In this document: piece after piece, positions 8,949-20,147 of the stretch | Position numbering within the stretch: the first letter of the stretch is position 1 | Layout: each line of letters begins with the position of its first letter | From: Dethiobacter sp. | Lineage (GTDB): Bacteria > Bacillota > Dethiobacteria > Dethiobacterales > Dethiobacteraceae | Assembly (NCBI GenBank): GCA_018333455.1 | Contig: JAGXTN010000058.1 | Coordinates: 3,513-67,512, forward strand | Direction of reading: 5' to 3' | DNA length: 64,000 bases | The notes under the pieces: model-generated | Databases searched by the model: none | What the model saw: the letters and a program-made list of their open reading frames with translations, nothing else | What the model was told of the DNA's origin: nothing | Translations under genes and position numbers: made by a program

Positions 8949-10316
8949 TTGTTGAAGTTGTCAGGAAAACAGACGGTGGTTATCGGCGCCGCGAGAAGCG
9001 GCGTGGCAAGCGCCATGCTGCTGTTGCGGCAGGGCGCCTTAGTGACAATCAATGATTGCCGGCCGCTAGCCGAGTTGGCGCGGGAACTGGAGATGCCGGT
9101 GTCTAACGAGGCATTACGGATTGTCGGCGGAGGTCACCCCGCAGAAATTGTTAATGAAGATGTGGTTTTAGTCGTAAAAAGCCCGGGAATACCGGATAGC
9201 CTGCCACCGCTTGTCAGAGCCAAGGAGCTAGGTATTCCGGTGATTGCGGAAGTGGAGATGGCTTACTGGCAACTGGCTTGCCCGCTTGTTGCAATTACCG
9301 GCACCAACGGAAAAACGACTACCACCGCATTGACCGGGGAAATGTACAGAGCTGCCGGGAAAAAGACGGCGGTAGCCGGCAATATCGGCTTGCCGCTGTC
9401 AGCAGTAGTTTTAGCCGGAGAGCGGCCTGAGGTTGTGGTGGCGGAATTGAGCAGTTTCCAATTGGAAGGGACAGCTACTTTCCGCCCGCAGTTGGCGGCC
9501 ATCCTAAATATTACGCCTGACCATCTTGACCGTCACGGCAGTATGGCGGCTTATCGGGAAGCGAAAGCAAGAATCTTTGCTAATCAAGGGCCGGCGGAGA
9601 TGTTAGTTATCAATGCGGATGACCCTGAGGCTTATGCTTTAAGAGAGCAGCCTGTTTCCCAGGTTTATCTCTTTAGTCGCAGACAGGAAGTGGCGCGCGG
9701 CGCTTTCTTGCGTAACGGCTTTCTGGTGCTGCGGGACGGAGAGCGGGAAGCAGTTCTTCTGCATCAGCAGGAAATATGTATCCCCGGGGCACACAACCTT
9801 GAAAATGCTTTGGCAGCCTCACTACTTGCTTGGCTTGGCGGAATCGAGGCGGAGATCATTGCGGACGTGTTGCGCCGCTTTCCCGGTGTTCCCCATCGGC
9901 TTGAATCTCTGGGGAGTGTGAGTGGCGTCCATTTCGTCAATGATTCTAAGGGAACTAATATTGATGCGGCCTTGAAGGCGTTGACTGCATTACCGGAAAA
10001 GAAGGTGCTGATTGCAGGCGGATACGATAAAGGCGCTGACTTTACTTTATTTGCCGCAGCGGTGAAGGAACATGTTTCCCATGTTGTGGTGATCGGGCAG
10101 GTGGCAAAACGCTTAACTGCTGCCTTTGATCAGGCGGGATTTGCCGCTTATACTTTTGCCGCCACCTTGGAAGAGGCGGTAAGCATCGCTTATCGGCAGG
10201 CACAGCCGGGTGAGGCGGTGCTGTTGTCGCCCGCCTGCGCTTCTTGGGATATGTTTAGCAGTTTTGAAGAACGGGGAGAGCGGTTTAAAAAGGCAGTCAG
10301 GGAGCTGGGGGGATAG
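8949..10316 (+). CDS. murD: UDP-N-acetylmuramoylalanine--D-glutamate ligase MurD
   Basis: ITGTNGKTTT P-loop, Mur ligase layout, dcw position. Confidence 0.95.
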   Translation: MLKLSGKQTVVIGAARSGVASAMLLLRQGALVTINDCRPLAELARELEMPVSNEALRIVGGGHPAEIVNEDVVLVVKSPGIPDSLPPLVRAKELGIPVIAEVEMAYWQLACPLVAITGTNGKTTTTALTGEMYRAAGKKTAVAGNIGLPLSAVVLAGERPEVVVAELSSFQLEGTATFRPQLAAILNITPDHLDRHGSMAAYREAKARIFANQGPAEMLVINADDPEAYALREQPVSQVYLFSRRQEVARGAFLRNGFLVLRDGEREAVLLHQQEICIPGAHNLENALAASLLAWLGGIEAEIIADVLRRFPGVPHRLESLGSVSGVHFVNDSKGTNIDAALKALTALPEKKVLIAGGYDKGADFTLFAAAVKEHVSHVVVIGQVAKRLTAAFDQAGFAAYTFAATLEEAVSIAYRQAQPGEAVLLSPACASWDMFSSFEERGERFKKAVRELGG

Positions 10317-10319
10317 GAG

Positions 10320-11435
10320 ATGGCCGGGAGGACTAACCGGAACATCAAAACAAAAGAAGCCGATTTCATAATTTTGTTTACAGCCGTGACGCTGGTGTCT
10401 TTCGGTATTGTCATGGTGTTTAGCGCCAGTCTCTGGATTGCGGAAGCAGGCCGGGGTGATTCTTTCTTTCATTTGCGCCGCCAGGCGATGTGGGCCTTGC
10501 TGGGTTTGGCGGGGATGTTCTTTTTTAGCAATTATGATTACAGGAAACTGAAGCGCTGGGTTAACTTGGCGCTTTTGGCTAGTCTTTTTTTGCTCCTGGC
10601 AGTTTTTATTCCCGGTGTCGGCTTGGAAATCAGCGGGGCACGACGCTGGATTGATTTAGGCGGCTTTACGGGGCAGCCATCCGATTTTGCCAGAGTGGCG
10701 CTGTTAGTATTTGCTGCCGCTTATCTGTCACGAAAAGATATTCGTATGAACAAATTTCTCGAAGGGCCGTTCCCTGTACTGGCGGTGCTGGGGCTGTTTT
10801 TTATCTTGATTCTGCTGCAGCCGGATCTGGGGACGGCGTTGGCTATGGCTGCCACAATTATGATTATAATTTTTGCGGCAGGGATACCTCTGTATCAGTT
10901 AGGCTTAATTGCTGCCCTGTCGCTGCCAGCGTCTCTATACTTAATGGTCAGTGAGCCTTATCGCCTGCGCCGCATGACCTCGTTTCTCGACCCTTGGGCT
11001 GATCCTCTACATACCGGGTACCAGATTATTCAATCGCTCTATGCCCTGGGGCCCGGTGGTCTGTTTGGGGTAGGGTTGGGACGGGGGCGTCAGAAATTAT
11101 TTTTTCTGCCAGAACCGCATAGTGATTTTATTTTTGCGGTAATCGGCGAGGAACTGGGTTTTATCGGCACGAGCAGCGTGTTGCTGCTGTATTTACTCTT
11201 GTTGTGGCGCGGATTTAAAGTGGCGCTCATGGCTCCCGACTCCTTTGGCAGTCTATTGGCTACTGGAATTACGGCCATGATTGGTGTGCAGGCGCTGATC
11301 AATATCGGCGTTGTTACCGGCTCTCTCCCGGTTACCGGGATTAATCTGCCGTTAATTAGCGCAGGCGGTTCTTCGCTGCTTGTTATATTAAGCAGTATCG
11401 GCATTCTGCTAAATATTTCTAAACATTCCAGGTAA
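10320..11435 (+). CDS. ftsW: SEDS-family peptidoglycan glycosyltransferase FtsW/SpoVE
   Basis: Ten-TM-like SEDS protein with QPDLGTA and PEPHSDFIF motifs. Lies between murD and murG. Confidence 0.93.
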   Translation: MAGRTNRNIKTKEADFIILFTAVTLVSFGIVMVFSASLWIAEAGRGDSFFHLRRQAMWALLGLAGMFFFSNYDYRKLKRWVNLALLASLFLLLAVFIPGVGLEISGARRWIDLGGFTGQPSDFARVALLVFAAAYLSRKDIRMNKFLEGPFPVLAVLGLFFILILLQPDLGTALAMAATIMIIIFAAGIPLYQLGLIAALSLPASLYLMVSEPYRLRRMTSFLDPWADPLHTGYQIIQSLYALGPGGLFGVGLGRGRQKLFFLPEPHSDFIFAVIGEELGFIGTSSVLLLYLLLLWRGFKVALMAPDSFGSLLATGITAMIGVQALINIGVVTGSLPVTGINLPLISAGGSSLLVILSSIGILLNISKHSR

Positions 11436-11450
11436 AGAGGGGGCTTTGCC

Positions 11451-12548
11451 GTGCGCGTTTTATTTGCCGGTGGCGGCACAGGCGGTCATATTTATCCTGC
11501 TTTGGCTCTGGCGCGCCATTTGGTTGCCACAGACCGGGCGGAAATCTTGTTTGTGGGGACTGAGCACGGCATGGAAAAGGAGCTGGTCCCGGCAGCCGGC
11601 TTTAGGCTGGAAACAATTCCGGTGGTGGGTATGCAGAGGCGGCTCTCCCTGCAAACGGGACGAGTTGTATTTTTGGCAGCCTCGGCAGTGCTTGCCGCCA
11701 GACGGATACTCAGGCAGTTTAAGCCGGACCTAGTGGTGGGAACAGGCGGTTATGTGGCAGGTCCGGTGGTGCTGGCAGCCGCTCTGGCGCGGATACCCAC
11801 AGTTATCCATGAACAAAACGCTATTCCTGGGCTAACAAATATTTTGCTTTCTCGCATTGCCGGACGAGTCTGTCTAAGCTTCCCTGGCACGGAACATTAT
11901 TTTCCGAGGCCAAAACGGACGGTGTTTACCGGGAATCCGCGAGCGTCAGAAGCGGCTGCTGCCACCGGTAAAGGGGCAAGTGACGTGTTCTTGCGACCGG
12001 ACAGGCCTGTATTTTTGTGTGTGGGTGGCAGTCATGGGTCGGCCAAGCTTAACCAGGCGTTTTCGGAGGCGGTGGGGCAGGTGCTGGCTGCCGGTGACGC
12101 GCAAGCAGTTTATATTACGGGGAAGCGTTACTTTGCCGAGCTGGAAGCAAAGCTGGCTCCGCTAACGCTCCGTTTCCCCAATCGGCTGCAAATTTTGCCG
12201 TATCATCCTGACTTGCCTGAACTACTTAGCAGAACTGACTTGTTAATCTGTCGAGCCGGCGCCACCACCTTGGCAGAAATTACTGCACTTGGTGTACCTG
12301 CGGTATTGGTGCCGTCTCCCAACGTTACTAACAACCATCAGGAGCATAATGCCAAATTTCTTGCTGAGCAGGGCGCAGCCGTCTTGTTAAAAGAGAGTCA
12401 ATTGAGTGGTCAGAGTTTGGCCGAACTGATGATGGAGCTCCTCTCCGATGGGAAGCGGCTAAAAAAGATGGCTGCGGCAAGTCGGGCTCTTGGTGTGCGT
12501 GACGCCGCTGAAAGAATGGCTGCGATAATTCGTAAATTGGCCCAATAA
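11451..12548 (+). CDS. murG: Undecaprenyldiphospho-muramoylpentapeptide beta-N-acetylglucosaminyltransferase MurG
   Basis: GGGTGGHIYPALA N-terminus. GTG start. Confidence 0.95.
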   Translation: MRVLFAGGGTGGHIYPALALARHLVATDRAEILFVGTEHGMEKELVPAAGFRLETIPVVGMQRRLSLQTGRVVFLAASAVLAARRILRQFKPDLVVGTGGYVAGPVVLAAALARIPTVIHEQNAIPGLTNILLSRIAGRVCLSFPGTEHYFPRPKRTVFTGNPRASEAAAATGKGASDVFLRPDRPVFLCVGGSHGSAKLNQAFSEAVGQVLAAGDAQAVYITGKRYFAELEAKLAPLTLRFPNRLQILPYHPDLPELLSRTDLLICRAGATTLAEITALGVPAVLVPSPNVTNNHQEHNAKFLAEQGAAVLLKESQLSGQSLAELMMELLSDGKRLKKMAAASRALGVRDAAERMAAIIRKLAQ

Positions 12549-12603
12549 GAAAACACACTACAGGCGCCTTTGCATATGATAAATTACGGTACCGGTACGG
12601 CGC

Positions 12604-13512
12604 ATGGAGGCATGGATGAGAAAAACGGCGGGAAAAATTGCGGCTCAGATCAGCGGGATAGTCGGAACTGATGTAGTATTGTCCCGGCATACCTCGTTTA
12701 AAATCGGCGGTCCAGCTGACTTATTCGTAGAGCCGGTAACAATGACGGAATTAGTTATGGTGCTGTCAACTCTGCGGCAGGAGGAGATTCCTGTTTATCT
12801 GCTTGGCAGCGGCACAAATTTGCTCGTCAGTGATGCGGGGTACCGCGGCGCGGTGGTGCGGCTGGCCGGTGAGTTCAAGCAGTTTATTTATGGTAACTAC
12901 TGCGTGGATGCAGGGGCGGCAGTGCCGCTCGCACGGTTGGCTGTCGATGCCGGCAAGCGCGGCTTGGCAGGACTCGATTTTGCAGCCGGCATTCCCGGTA
13001 CTGTGGGCGGTGCTTTAGTGATGAACGCAGGCGCACATGGCTCTGCGATTGGCGATCTGCTGACGGAGGCCCAGATTCTGGATGAAAAACTAAACTTACA
13101 TAGTTTTACGGCAGAGGATCTAGGCCTGTCTTACCGTAAAAGCAATATTACATCCGGTTCTGTAGTCTGCCGGGTTAAGCTGCGACTGTTGCAGGGAGAG
13201 AGGGAAACACAAGAAAAAAAGTGTGATCAGTATCTTCATTTTCGCCGGAAACACCAACCACGCCAGCCTAATGCCGGCAGTATTTTTAAGAATCCGCCAC
13301 ACGATTCTGCAGGGCGTCTGATTGAAGCCGCAGGTTTAAAGGGGCGGCGAGTGGGCGGGGCAATGATCTCCGAGCTGCATGCCAATTTTATTGTTAACTG
13401 TGGTAATGCCAGCGCCGCTGATGTCTGGTATCTGCTGGAAATGGCTAGGGAAGAAGTGGCAAGACAGTTTGGCGTAAACCTGGAATTGGAGATTCGCTTG
13501 CTTGGTTATTAA
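12604..13512 (+). CDS. murB: UDP-N-acetylenolpyruvoylglucosamine reductase MurB
   Basis: FAD-binding GGPADLF..LGSGTNLL motifs and a PNAGSIFKNP motif. Confidence 0.94.
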   Translation: MEAWMRKTAGKIAAQISGIVGTDVVLSRHTSFKIGGPADLFVEPVTMTELVMVLSTLRQEEIPVYLLGSGTNLLVSDAGYRGAVVRLAGEFKQFIYGNYCVDAGAAVPLARLAVDAGKRGLAGLDFAAGIPGTVGGALVMNAGAHGSAIGDLLTEAQILDEKLNLHSFTAEDLGLSYRKSNITSGSVVCRVKLRLLQGERETQEKKCDQYLHFRRKHQPRQPNAGSIFKNPPHDSAGRLIEAAGLKGRRVGGAMISELHANFIVNCGNASAADVWYLLEMAREEVARQFGVNLELEIRLLGY

Positions 13513-13528
13513 GCAGGAAGGTGAGAAA

Positions 13529-14803
13529 ATGGAGAGATATGTAATCCGCGGTGGCAACCGTCTTGAGGGGGTCGTGAGAGTAGGGGGAGCAAAAAACTCG
13601 ATCCTGCCGATCCTGGCCGCTGTTTTGTTAAATAAAAGAAGTGAAGAAATAATTCTGACTAATGTGCCGCGAATTCGGGACGTGGCTAAAATGGTGGAAA
13701 TTCTGCGCAGTCTCGGGGTGAGTGTCACCTGGAGCGGCAGCAATATGGCTATCTCCACTCGTAATGTGCACAGTTACCTGATTGATGAAAAGCTGATGAG
13801 AGAAATGCGTTCCACCGTCTTCTTAATGGGAGCGCTGCTCGGTCGCTTCGGGGAGGTTTGTATTTCCCGTCCTGGCGGCTGTGCTATCGGACATCGCCCC
13901 ATCGGTCTGCACTTAAAGGGTCTTACCGCATTGGGCGTCCGTTTTCGGGAGCAGGAGCAGGGCTATCTCTACGCCAGCAGTGTGCGCCTGACGGGCGCAG
14001 AGATTCATCTTGACTATCCGAGCGTAGGCGCCACGGAAAATATTATGTTGGCAGCCGTCTGCGCCCATGGTATGACGACCATTGCTAATGCCGCAAAAGA
14101 ACCGGAAATTGTTGATTTGCAAAACTTTCTAAATAAAATGGGTGCCAGGGTCCGGGGTGCGGGGACTGACCAAATCAGGGTAGAAGGAGTTTCGCAATTA
14201 GCCAGCGTGGAATATAGCGTCATCCCGGACAGAATTGTGGCAGGGACGTTGATGATGGCAGTGGCAGCGAGCGGCGGAGATGTGGTTTTGGAAAATCTGA
14301 TTCCTGCTCACTTGGAGGCGGTAACAGCCAAACTGCGGGAGACTGGTGTGCAAATCAGGGAAGAAAATGACCGGCTGCGCATACAAGCGCTGGCTCGACC
14401 TGAGGCGGTGGAATTTGTCCGCACACTGCCCTATCCAGGCTTTCCAACCGATTTGCAGGCGCAGATGATGGCGTTGCTGACGCGTGCCAAAGGAAGCAGC
14501 ATCATTGTGGAAAGCGTGTTTGAGTCGCGTTTTAAGCATGTGGGCGAGTTGAATCGCATGGGTGCCAGCATTATTGTCGCTACCGACAACCGTACTGCCA
14601 TCGTCAATGGCGTGAAAAAATTAACAGGCGCCACTGTCACCGCCTCTGATCTGCGCGCTGGCGCTGCCCTGGTGGTGGCGGGACTGTCGGCGGAGGGTGA
14701 GACGGTCGTGGAAGGATTGGAACACGTCAAGCGCGGTTATGAGAACCTCGAGGGGGATTTAAGTAGGATCGGAGCAGACATTAGGAGGGTTGGCGGGCTG
14801 TAA
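13529..14803 (+). CDS. murA: UDP-N-acetylglucosamine 1-carboxyvinyltransferase MurA
   Basis: MERYVIRGGNRLEGVVRVGGAKNS N-terminus. Active-site region RPGGCAIGHRPI. The start was moved to the ATG at 13529, which follows a GGAAGGTGAG RBS. Confidence 0.94.
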   Translation: MERYVIRGGNRLEGVVRVGGAKNSILPILAAVLLNKRSEEIILTNVPRIRDVAKMVEILRSLGVSVTWSGSNMAISTRNVHSYLIDEKLMREMRSTVFLMGALLGRFGEVCISRPGGCAIGHRPIGLHLKGLTALGVRFREQEQGYLYASSVRLTGAEIHLDYPSVGATENIMLAAVCAHGMTTIANAAKEPEIVDLQNFLNKMGARVRGAGTDQIRVEGVSQLASVEYSVIPDRIVAGTLMMAVAASGGDVVLENLIPAHLEAVTAKLRETGVQIREENDRLRIQALARPEAVEFVRTLPYPGFPTDLQAQMMALLTRAKGSSIIVESVFESRFKHVGELNRMGASIIVATDNRTAIVNGVKKLTGATVTASDLRAGAALVVAGLSAEGETVVEGLEHVKRGYENLEGDLSRIGADIRRVGGL

Positions 14804-14850
14804 TTTGCAGGCGCCAACCTTGCCGGTTATCATTTTGGAGGAAGAATAAG

Positions 14851-15651
14851 ATGGACAAGCAACGCTGGGTAAGGCCGGTTCAAGTCAGAAAAAAATCTTC
14901 AATTCCGCCGGAAAAAACGCGGCAGATTAAGCGGCGCTTAGTGGCTATGCTGCTTTTTATCGTCGTTCTTTGGACAGTGCTTAGTTTTATCGGCTCCGAT
15001 TTTTTTAGTATTGCCACAATCGCAATTTACGGCAACACGTACACCACGGAAAGTGAAATACGCCTAGCGCTTACAGTGGCTGAGGGAGATAATATTTGGC
15101 GATTAAATAAGGCGCAGCAGGCTGATAAACTCAAAACAATTCCTAGAATTGAAAGCGCGCGGGTGACTCGCGAGCTGCCAAATAGATTAAAGGTGGAAAT
15201 CAAGGAAAAGCGGGCGGTGGCTCTAGTCCCATACAATGGCTATTTATTGGTAATGGGTAGTGATGGGATGGTGCTGGCCACAACACGGAATCCGCAAAAC
15301 TATCACATTCCCATGCTGACCGGTTTAGCTCCGCTGGAACTGTCAGTGGGGGAAATACTGCTGAGCGGTCCGGCGTTGCAGGAAGTTGTGCAGACGCTCG
15401 AGACTATGAGCGCGGCGGGAGTGACTGTGTCGGAGTTGAATTTTGCCGAAGCTGATAAGTTAGTGTTGATTACGATGGATGGGCTTACAGTCTGGTTGGG
15501 ACAGGGCGGCCACAGTGAAAAAGCGGCTTTGCTGGTACAGATTATGGGTCAGTTACAGGGCAGGCAAGCCGAGGGATACTTGGATTTGCGGGTTCCGGAG
15601 GCGCCGGCTTTCAAACCTCTGGCAGAAGAAAAAACACAAAAAAACAATTAG
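14851..15651 (+). CDS. ftsQ: Cell division protein FtsQ/DivIB (POTRA domain)
   Basis: N-terminal TM helix followed by a POTRA-like region. Lies immediately upstream of ftsA. Confidence 0.85.
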   Translation: MDKQRWVRPVQVRKKSSIPPEKTRQIKRRLVAMLLFIVVLWTVLSFIGSDFFSIATIAIYGNTYTTESEIRLALTVAEGDNIWRLNKAQQADKLKTIPRIESARVTRELPNRLKVEIKEKRAVALVPYNGYLLVMGSDGMVLATTRNPQNYHIPMLTGLAPLELSVGEILLSGPALQEVVQTLETMSAAGVTVSELNFAEADKLVLITMDGLTVWLGQGGHSEKAALLVQIMGQLQGRQAEGYLDLRVPEAPAFKPLAEEKTQKNN

Positions 15652-15723
15652 TCTAAAAAAAGGGAAAAGGCTGGTCTTGTGGAATAAGAAAATAGTGAAG
15701 AAGAGGGGCGAGGGGATGTAGTT

Positions 15724-16947
15724 GTGGTTAAACGGAATCTGGTCTGCGGAATGGATATCGGAACCTCACATGTCCGAGCCATTATCGGCGAGATTAATAG
15801 TGACGGTTCCATCAATATAATCGGTGTTGGGACGAGCCCGTCGGAAGGATTGAAAAAAGGTGTTATTGTTGATTTGGATAAGACTGTGACGTCAATTAAG
15901 CGCGCTGCGGAAGAAGCCGAGCGAATGGTGGGCACGGCGATACCTTCTGTTTTTTTAGGCATTGTGGGTTCCCAGGTGGGGCTGGTTAATAACCGCGGTG
16001 TGGTAGCCGTTTCAGGTGCAGATAAAGAAATTACCGAAGACGATGTGGAGCGGGTTTTGCAGGCCGCTAGGGTAATAGCTCTGCCGCCGGATCGTGAAAT
16101 TATCGACGTTCTGCCGCGAGAATATATTGTAGACGGTTATGACGGAATTCGTGACCCAGTTGGGATGGTCGGCGTACGGCTGGAGGTAGACGCCATGATT
16201 ATTACGGGAATGGTTACTTCCATTCGTAATCTGGTGCGCTGTGTGGAGCGAGCCGAGTTGGAGATTGACGGTATGGTGCTTAATTCGTTGGCTAACGCGG
16301 AGACTGCATTGTCTCGTGATGAGAAGGAATTGGGCTCGGTGTTAATTGATATTGGGGGCGGTACCACGGAAGTGGCAGTCTTTCAAAATGGGCATATCAA
16401 GGATATTGCTGTAATCCCTGTGGGTGGTGACTACATAACTAACGATATAGCCGTCGGCCTGCGCACCACAATTCAGATGGCCGAAAAGCTCAAATTGGAA
16501 CACGGAGTAGCTCTGGCTAGCTTGGTACCGGAAAATGTCACAGCGGAATTGCCCCAACTGTCCGGGAAGGATGTGCGCAAAGTTGCAATCCGGGAGCTGG
16601 GAATGATTATTGAGCCGCGCTTGGTGGAAATCATGCATTTGGCAGCGAAGGAACTAGACAAAATGGGTTACCGGGAGCCTTTGCCGGCAGGTGTTGTGCT
16701 GACTGGCGGAGTCTCGCTGACGCGCGGTATCGCGGAGCTGAGTGAAGAGGTATTCAGGGCTCCGGTCCGCGTCGCCCAGCCTGGTTATGTGGGGGTGAAA
16801 AGTCCGATTTATTCCACAGCCGTAGGAATCATCCACTATGTGCAGCATGCTCATATGTTTGTGGGGCGAGAACACCGGGGAGGGCGTAAGGCTTTGCCAG
16901 GTTTTTTACAGAGAATTAAAGCTTGGTTCGTGGAAATGTTTGATTAA
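15724..16947 (+). CDS. ftsA: Cell division protein FtsA
   Basis: Actin-fold motifs GMDIGTS and [11 protein letters not shown] start. Confidence 0.95.
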   Translation: MVKRNLVCGMDIGTSHVRAIIGEINSDGSINIIGVGTSPSEGLKKGVIVDLDKTVTSIKRAAEEAERMVGTAIPSVFLGIVGSQVGLVNNRGVVAVSGADKEITEDDVERVLQAARVIALPPDREIIDVLPREYIVDGYDGIRDPVGMVGVRLEVDAMIITGMVTSIRNLVRCVERAELEIDGMVLNSLANAETALSRDEKELGSVLIDIGGGTTEVAVFQNGHIKDIAVIPVGGDYITNDIAVGLRTTIQMAEKLKLEHGVALASLVPENVTAELPQLSGKDVRKVAIRELGMIIEPRLVEIMHLAAKELDKMGYREPLPAGVVLTGGVSLTRGIAELSEEVFRAPVRVAQPGYVGVKSPIYSTAVGIIHYVQHAHMFVGREHRGGRKALPGFLQRIKAWFVEMFD

Positions 16948-16976
16948 TTTGTCTGCGGGGAAGGGGATGCTTTGCT

Positions 16977-18026
16977 TTGATTGAGTTTGATCTTGAAATG
17001 GAACAATTTGCCCAGATAAAAGTTATAGGCGTGGGCGGGGGCGGTAGCAATGCTGTTAATCGAATGATTGCCGCCGGTCTGCGCGGCGTGGAATTTATTT
17101 CGGTAAATACGGACGCACAAGCGCTATATTTAGCTAATTCGGAATGTAAATTGCAAATCGGCGAGAAATTGACTAAGGGACTCGGAGCAGGCGCTAATCC
17201 GGAAATAGGCGCACAGGCTGCCGAGGAAAGCAGGGAAGAGATTAAACAGGCGCTTAAGGGTGCCGACATGGTGTTTGTTACTGCCGGGATGGGCGGCGGC
17301 ACCGGTACGGGGGCTGCCCCGGTAATTGCGGAAGTGGCGCGGGAACTAGGTGCGCTGACTGTGGGCGTAGTAACTAAGCCTTTCACCTTTGAGGGACGGC
17401 GGCGGGCTGCTGCCGCGGAAAAAGGGATTAGTCATCTTAAAGAAAAAGTTGATACACTGATTACCATTCCCAATGACAGGTTATTGCAAGTAGTCGATAA
17501 GCGCACACCGATCTTAGAAGCATTCCGCATCGCTGACGATGTTCTCCGCCAAGGGGTGCAGGGTATTTCTGATTTGATTGCCGTTCCCGGTCTGATTAAT
17601 TTGGATTTTGCTGATGTGAAAACGATTATGAAGGAAACTGGTGCGGCTCTAATGGGGATAGGGGTCGGGACAGGAGACAACCGAACGGTGGATGCGGCAA
17701 AAAAAGCGATTGCCAGTCCGTTATTGGAAACATCAATTGACGGAGCCCGCGGCGTCCTCTTAAACATTACCGGAGGCGTAAACTTAAGCCTTTTTGAAGT
17801 TAACGAGGCTGCCGATATTGTGGCCGAAGCAGCCGATCCGGACGCCAACATTATTTTCGGCGCCGTGATCGACGAAAGCTTGGATGATGAAGTGTGCATC
17901 ACCGTTATTGCCACCGGCTTTGATCATCGTGCATCGGAACGGAAACAAATTATTGAAGAGTTGACTCAGCGATCTTTCTCCTCCGATGATATCGACATCC
18001 CTGCTTTTCTGCGCCGCAAGCGCTAG
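16977..18026 (+). CDS. ftsZ: Cell division GTPase FtsZ
   Basis: [17 protein letters not shown] and [15 protein letters not shown] tubulin signature. C-terminal DIPAFLRR peptide. Confidence 0.97.
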   Translation: MIEFDLEMEQFAQIKVIGVGGGGSNAVNRMIAAGLRGVEFISVNTDAQALYLANSECKLQIGEKLTKGLGAGANPEIGAQAAEESREEIKQALKGADMVFVTAGMGGGTGTGAAPVIAEVARELGALTVGVVTKPFTFEGRRRAAAAEKGISHLKEKVDTLITIPNDRLLQVVDKRTPILEAFRIADDVLRQGVQGISDLIAVPGLINLDFADVKTIMKETGAALMGIGVGTGDNRTVDAAKKAIASPLLETSIDGARGVLLNITGGVNLSLFEVNEAADIVAEAADPDANIIFGAVIDESLDDEVCITVIATGFDHRASERKQIIEELTQRSFSSDDIDIPAFLRRKR

Positions 18027-18155
18027 GTTGCTTCTTTTATTGCAGATGGAATTTGCTCAAAATGTATCTTTGCTCAATGCGCTAAGTATTTGATCTTTTT
18101 GCAAAGAAGATAGTGTTTTCAGCTAAATTTCGGTAAATATGTTGTGAAAAGACAA

Positions 18156-18196
18156 GGGCTAGAGCCGTATAATACGGCCCTAGCTTTCTTTTTTCT
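18156..18196 (+). terminator. Rho-independent terminator after ftsZ
   Basis: Hairpin gggctagagccgta-taa-tacggccctagc with one bulge, followed by tttcttttttc. Confidence 0.7.
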
Positions 18197-18292
18197 GTGC
18201 AGGAAATTGTTTGGCTTGCCTGTATACGAGGGTGGAGGTATATCTTCCAAAGGGGGGAGAATTTTCAGAGCTGTAAAGCCAATGTTTTTGAG

Positions 18293-18339
18293 TTCGACAC
18301 CAGTTTGTGACAAATTATTGTGGGAAGCTGCTTTATAAT
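18293..18339 (+). promoter_or_regulatory. Candidate spoIIG-type promoter: a Spo0A box, a -35-like element and a -10 at an over-long spacing
   Basis: TTCGACA (0A box, 18293-18299), TTGTGA (18305-18310) and TATAAT (18334-18339), separated by about 23 nt. Lies 67 nt upstream of spoIIGA. Confidence 0.4.
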
Positions 18340-18405
18340 CAGACATAGAGGTTAGAGAATTTGCATATACATTAACGGTTTGTCCAGCCTTAGGGCGGTG
18401 AGAAG

Positions 18406-19302
18406 ATGTATGTGGAGGACTTGCTCGCGCTAAATTTTCTGATGAATACAGTATTGCTGTATTTTGCGGCGCGGCTGACCGGGCGCAGGCTGAAAGGAGG
18501 GCGCCTTTTGGCCGGCGGGTTTTTTTCGGCGCTCTATAGCCTGATTATTTTTTTACCGGCCGCCGATTTCGCTTATACTTGGCTGGGGAAAATCGGGGCG
18601 TCAATTTTGATTATTATTTTTACATTCAGACCGGCTCGTCTGGTGGAGGGTTTGCGTCTGTGCGGCGCTTTTTTTCTAGCCTCCTTTTTCTTGGCAGGAA
18701 CTGTGTTTGCGCTCTATTTTTTTGGTGACGCACCAGCTATGGTGCAGGGTGGGGTGTTTTACTTGACTGCGCCCCGTCCGGGGCTGCTTTTTGGCGGCGT
18801 CTTGGTATCATTATTGCTTTTGGCGGGGGTTTGGCATTTCAGTGAACGGCAGCGCAGAAGTAAGAGCCTCCGCTTTCGTGTGACTATTAAGTGCGGGGAT
18901 AAAAGTGTCGAAGTCGCTGGATTGGTAGATACAGGGAATCACTTGCGTGACCCGCTCTCCGGGCGGCCGCTGTCTGTGGCCAGCTACGGTGCTGTGGAAG
19001 TTTTTTTGCCGACCGTCTTGCAGCAAGCCTATAGACGGGCAGCAGACCCGGTGAGTGCGCTGGGAGAGTTAACCGGACCTGAGGCTGTTCGCTACGGTGT
19101 GACCCCTTTTCGCTCTCTGGAGAACGCCGGGGTACTTGTTACCTTCCGTCCAGACAAAGTGGTTCTGGAGGGCACGGGAGTACGGCAGGAGTGTGACGAC
19201 CTTGTTTTCGCTATTTCGGCAAAAGCACTATCGTTAGATAACGAGGCGGAAATCTTACTCAATCCGGCCATCATGGATTTTATAGGAGGTGCAAGTTATT
19301 GA
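18406..19302 (+). CDS. spoIIGA: Sigma-E processing peptidase SpoIIGA
   Basis: Five N-terminal TM helices and a [13 protein letters not shown] aspartic protease motif. Upstream of sigE. Confidence 0.93.
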   Translation: MYVEDLLALNFLMNTVLLYFAARLTGRRLKGGRLLAGGFFSALYSLIIFLPAADFAYTWLGKIGASILIIIFTFRPARLVEGLRLCGAFFLASFFLAGTVFALYFFGDAPAMVQGGVFYLTAPRPGLLFGGVLVSLLLLAGVWHFSERQRRSKSLRFRVTIKCGDKSVEVAGLVDTGNHLRDPLSGRPLSVASYGAVEVFLPTVLQQAYRRAADPVSALGELTGPEAVRYGVTPFRSLENAGVLVTFRPDKVVLEGTGVRQECDDLVFAISAKALSLDNEAEILLNPAIMDFIGGASY

Positions 19303-20030
19303 AAGGCTTAGTCCATTGGCGGCTGAAGCTGAGGTTGATCATTCTTCGCCTCATGCGGCGTCTGGGGTTGGAATTTCTCCCGGAAGTCTATTATGTTGGC
19401 AGTTCGGAGATATTGCCGCCGCCCTTGTCCCAAGATGAAGAAGTATTTCTGGTGGAAAAACTAAAAAGCGGTGACTTTGCCGTAAAAACAGTGTTGATTG
19501 AACGTAACCTGCGTCTCGTGGTTTATATTGCCAGAAAGTTTGAGAATACCGGTATTCATGTGGATGATTTGGTTTCTATCGGGACAATCGGTTTGATTAA
19601 AGCTGTAAACACTTTTGATCCTTATAAAAATATTAAGCTCGCTACTTATGCCTCAAAATGCATTGAAAATGAAATATTAATGTTTCTGCGGCGCAATAAT
19701 AAAATAAAGTCCGAAGTTTCGTTCGATGAACCGCTAAATGTGGACTGGGATGGCAATGAACTGCTGCTCTCCGATGTATTGGGTACGGAAAACGATTTGG
19801 TATTAAAAGGCATTGAGGCTGAGGTAGAACGCACTTTACTCTACAATGCCATTGATAAATTGAACAGACGTGAAAAGCGAATTATGGAATTGCGTTTTGG
19901 CCTTTTAGGTCAGCAAGAAAGGACGCAAAAAGAAGTGGCTAGTTTGCTTGGAATCTCGCAATCGTATATTTCACGGTTGGAAAAGCGAATTATTAAACGA
20001 TTGAAAAAAGAGATCAAGAAGATGGAATAG
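19299..20030 (+). CDS. sigE: Sporulation sigma factor pro-SigE
   Basis: [14 protein letters not shown] pro-sequence junction and sigma-70 regions 2-4. Confidence 0.95.
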   Translation: MKGLVHWRLKLRLIILRLMRRLGLEFLPEVYYVGSSEILPPPLSQDEEVFLVEKLKSGDFAVKTVLIERNLRLVVYIARKFENTGIHVDDLVSIGTIGLIKAVNTFDPYKNIKLATYASKCIENEILMFLRRNNKIKSEVSFDEPLNVDWDGNELLLSDVLGTENDLVLKGIEAEVERTLLYNAIDKLNRREKRIMELRFGLLGQQERTQKEVASLLGISQSYISRLEKRIIKRLKKEIKKME

Positions 20031-20061
20031 CAGCAAGATAAGTTCCGTGGTCAGCGTCACT

Positions 20062-20090
20062 GCATAAAAAGCTCCTCCCAGGAAATACTG
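20062..20090 (+). promoter_or_regulatory. Possible forespore (SigF/SigG-type) promoter for sigG
   Basis: GCATA, 14 nt, then GGAAATACT. This is only an approximate match to the GCATR-N15-GGnnAnAnT consensus I recall. Confidence 0.25.
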
Positions 20091-20147
20091 CATTTATAAG
20101 GGCAGGTGTTTTTATTCCAGGCAATTTTAAACTGGGAGGGGAGCAGT

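Noticed and set aside
12570-12600. Palindrome gtaccggtac / cggtaccg upstream of murB
   Set aside because: It is short, has no flanking promoter or terminator features, and has no second copy in the window. Too little evidence to call a binding site.
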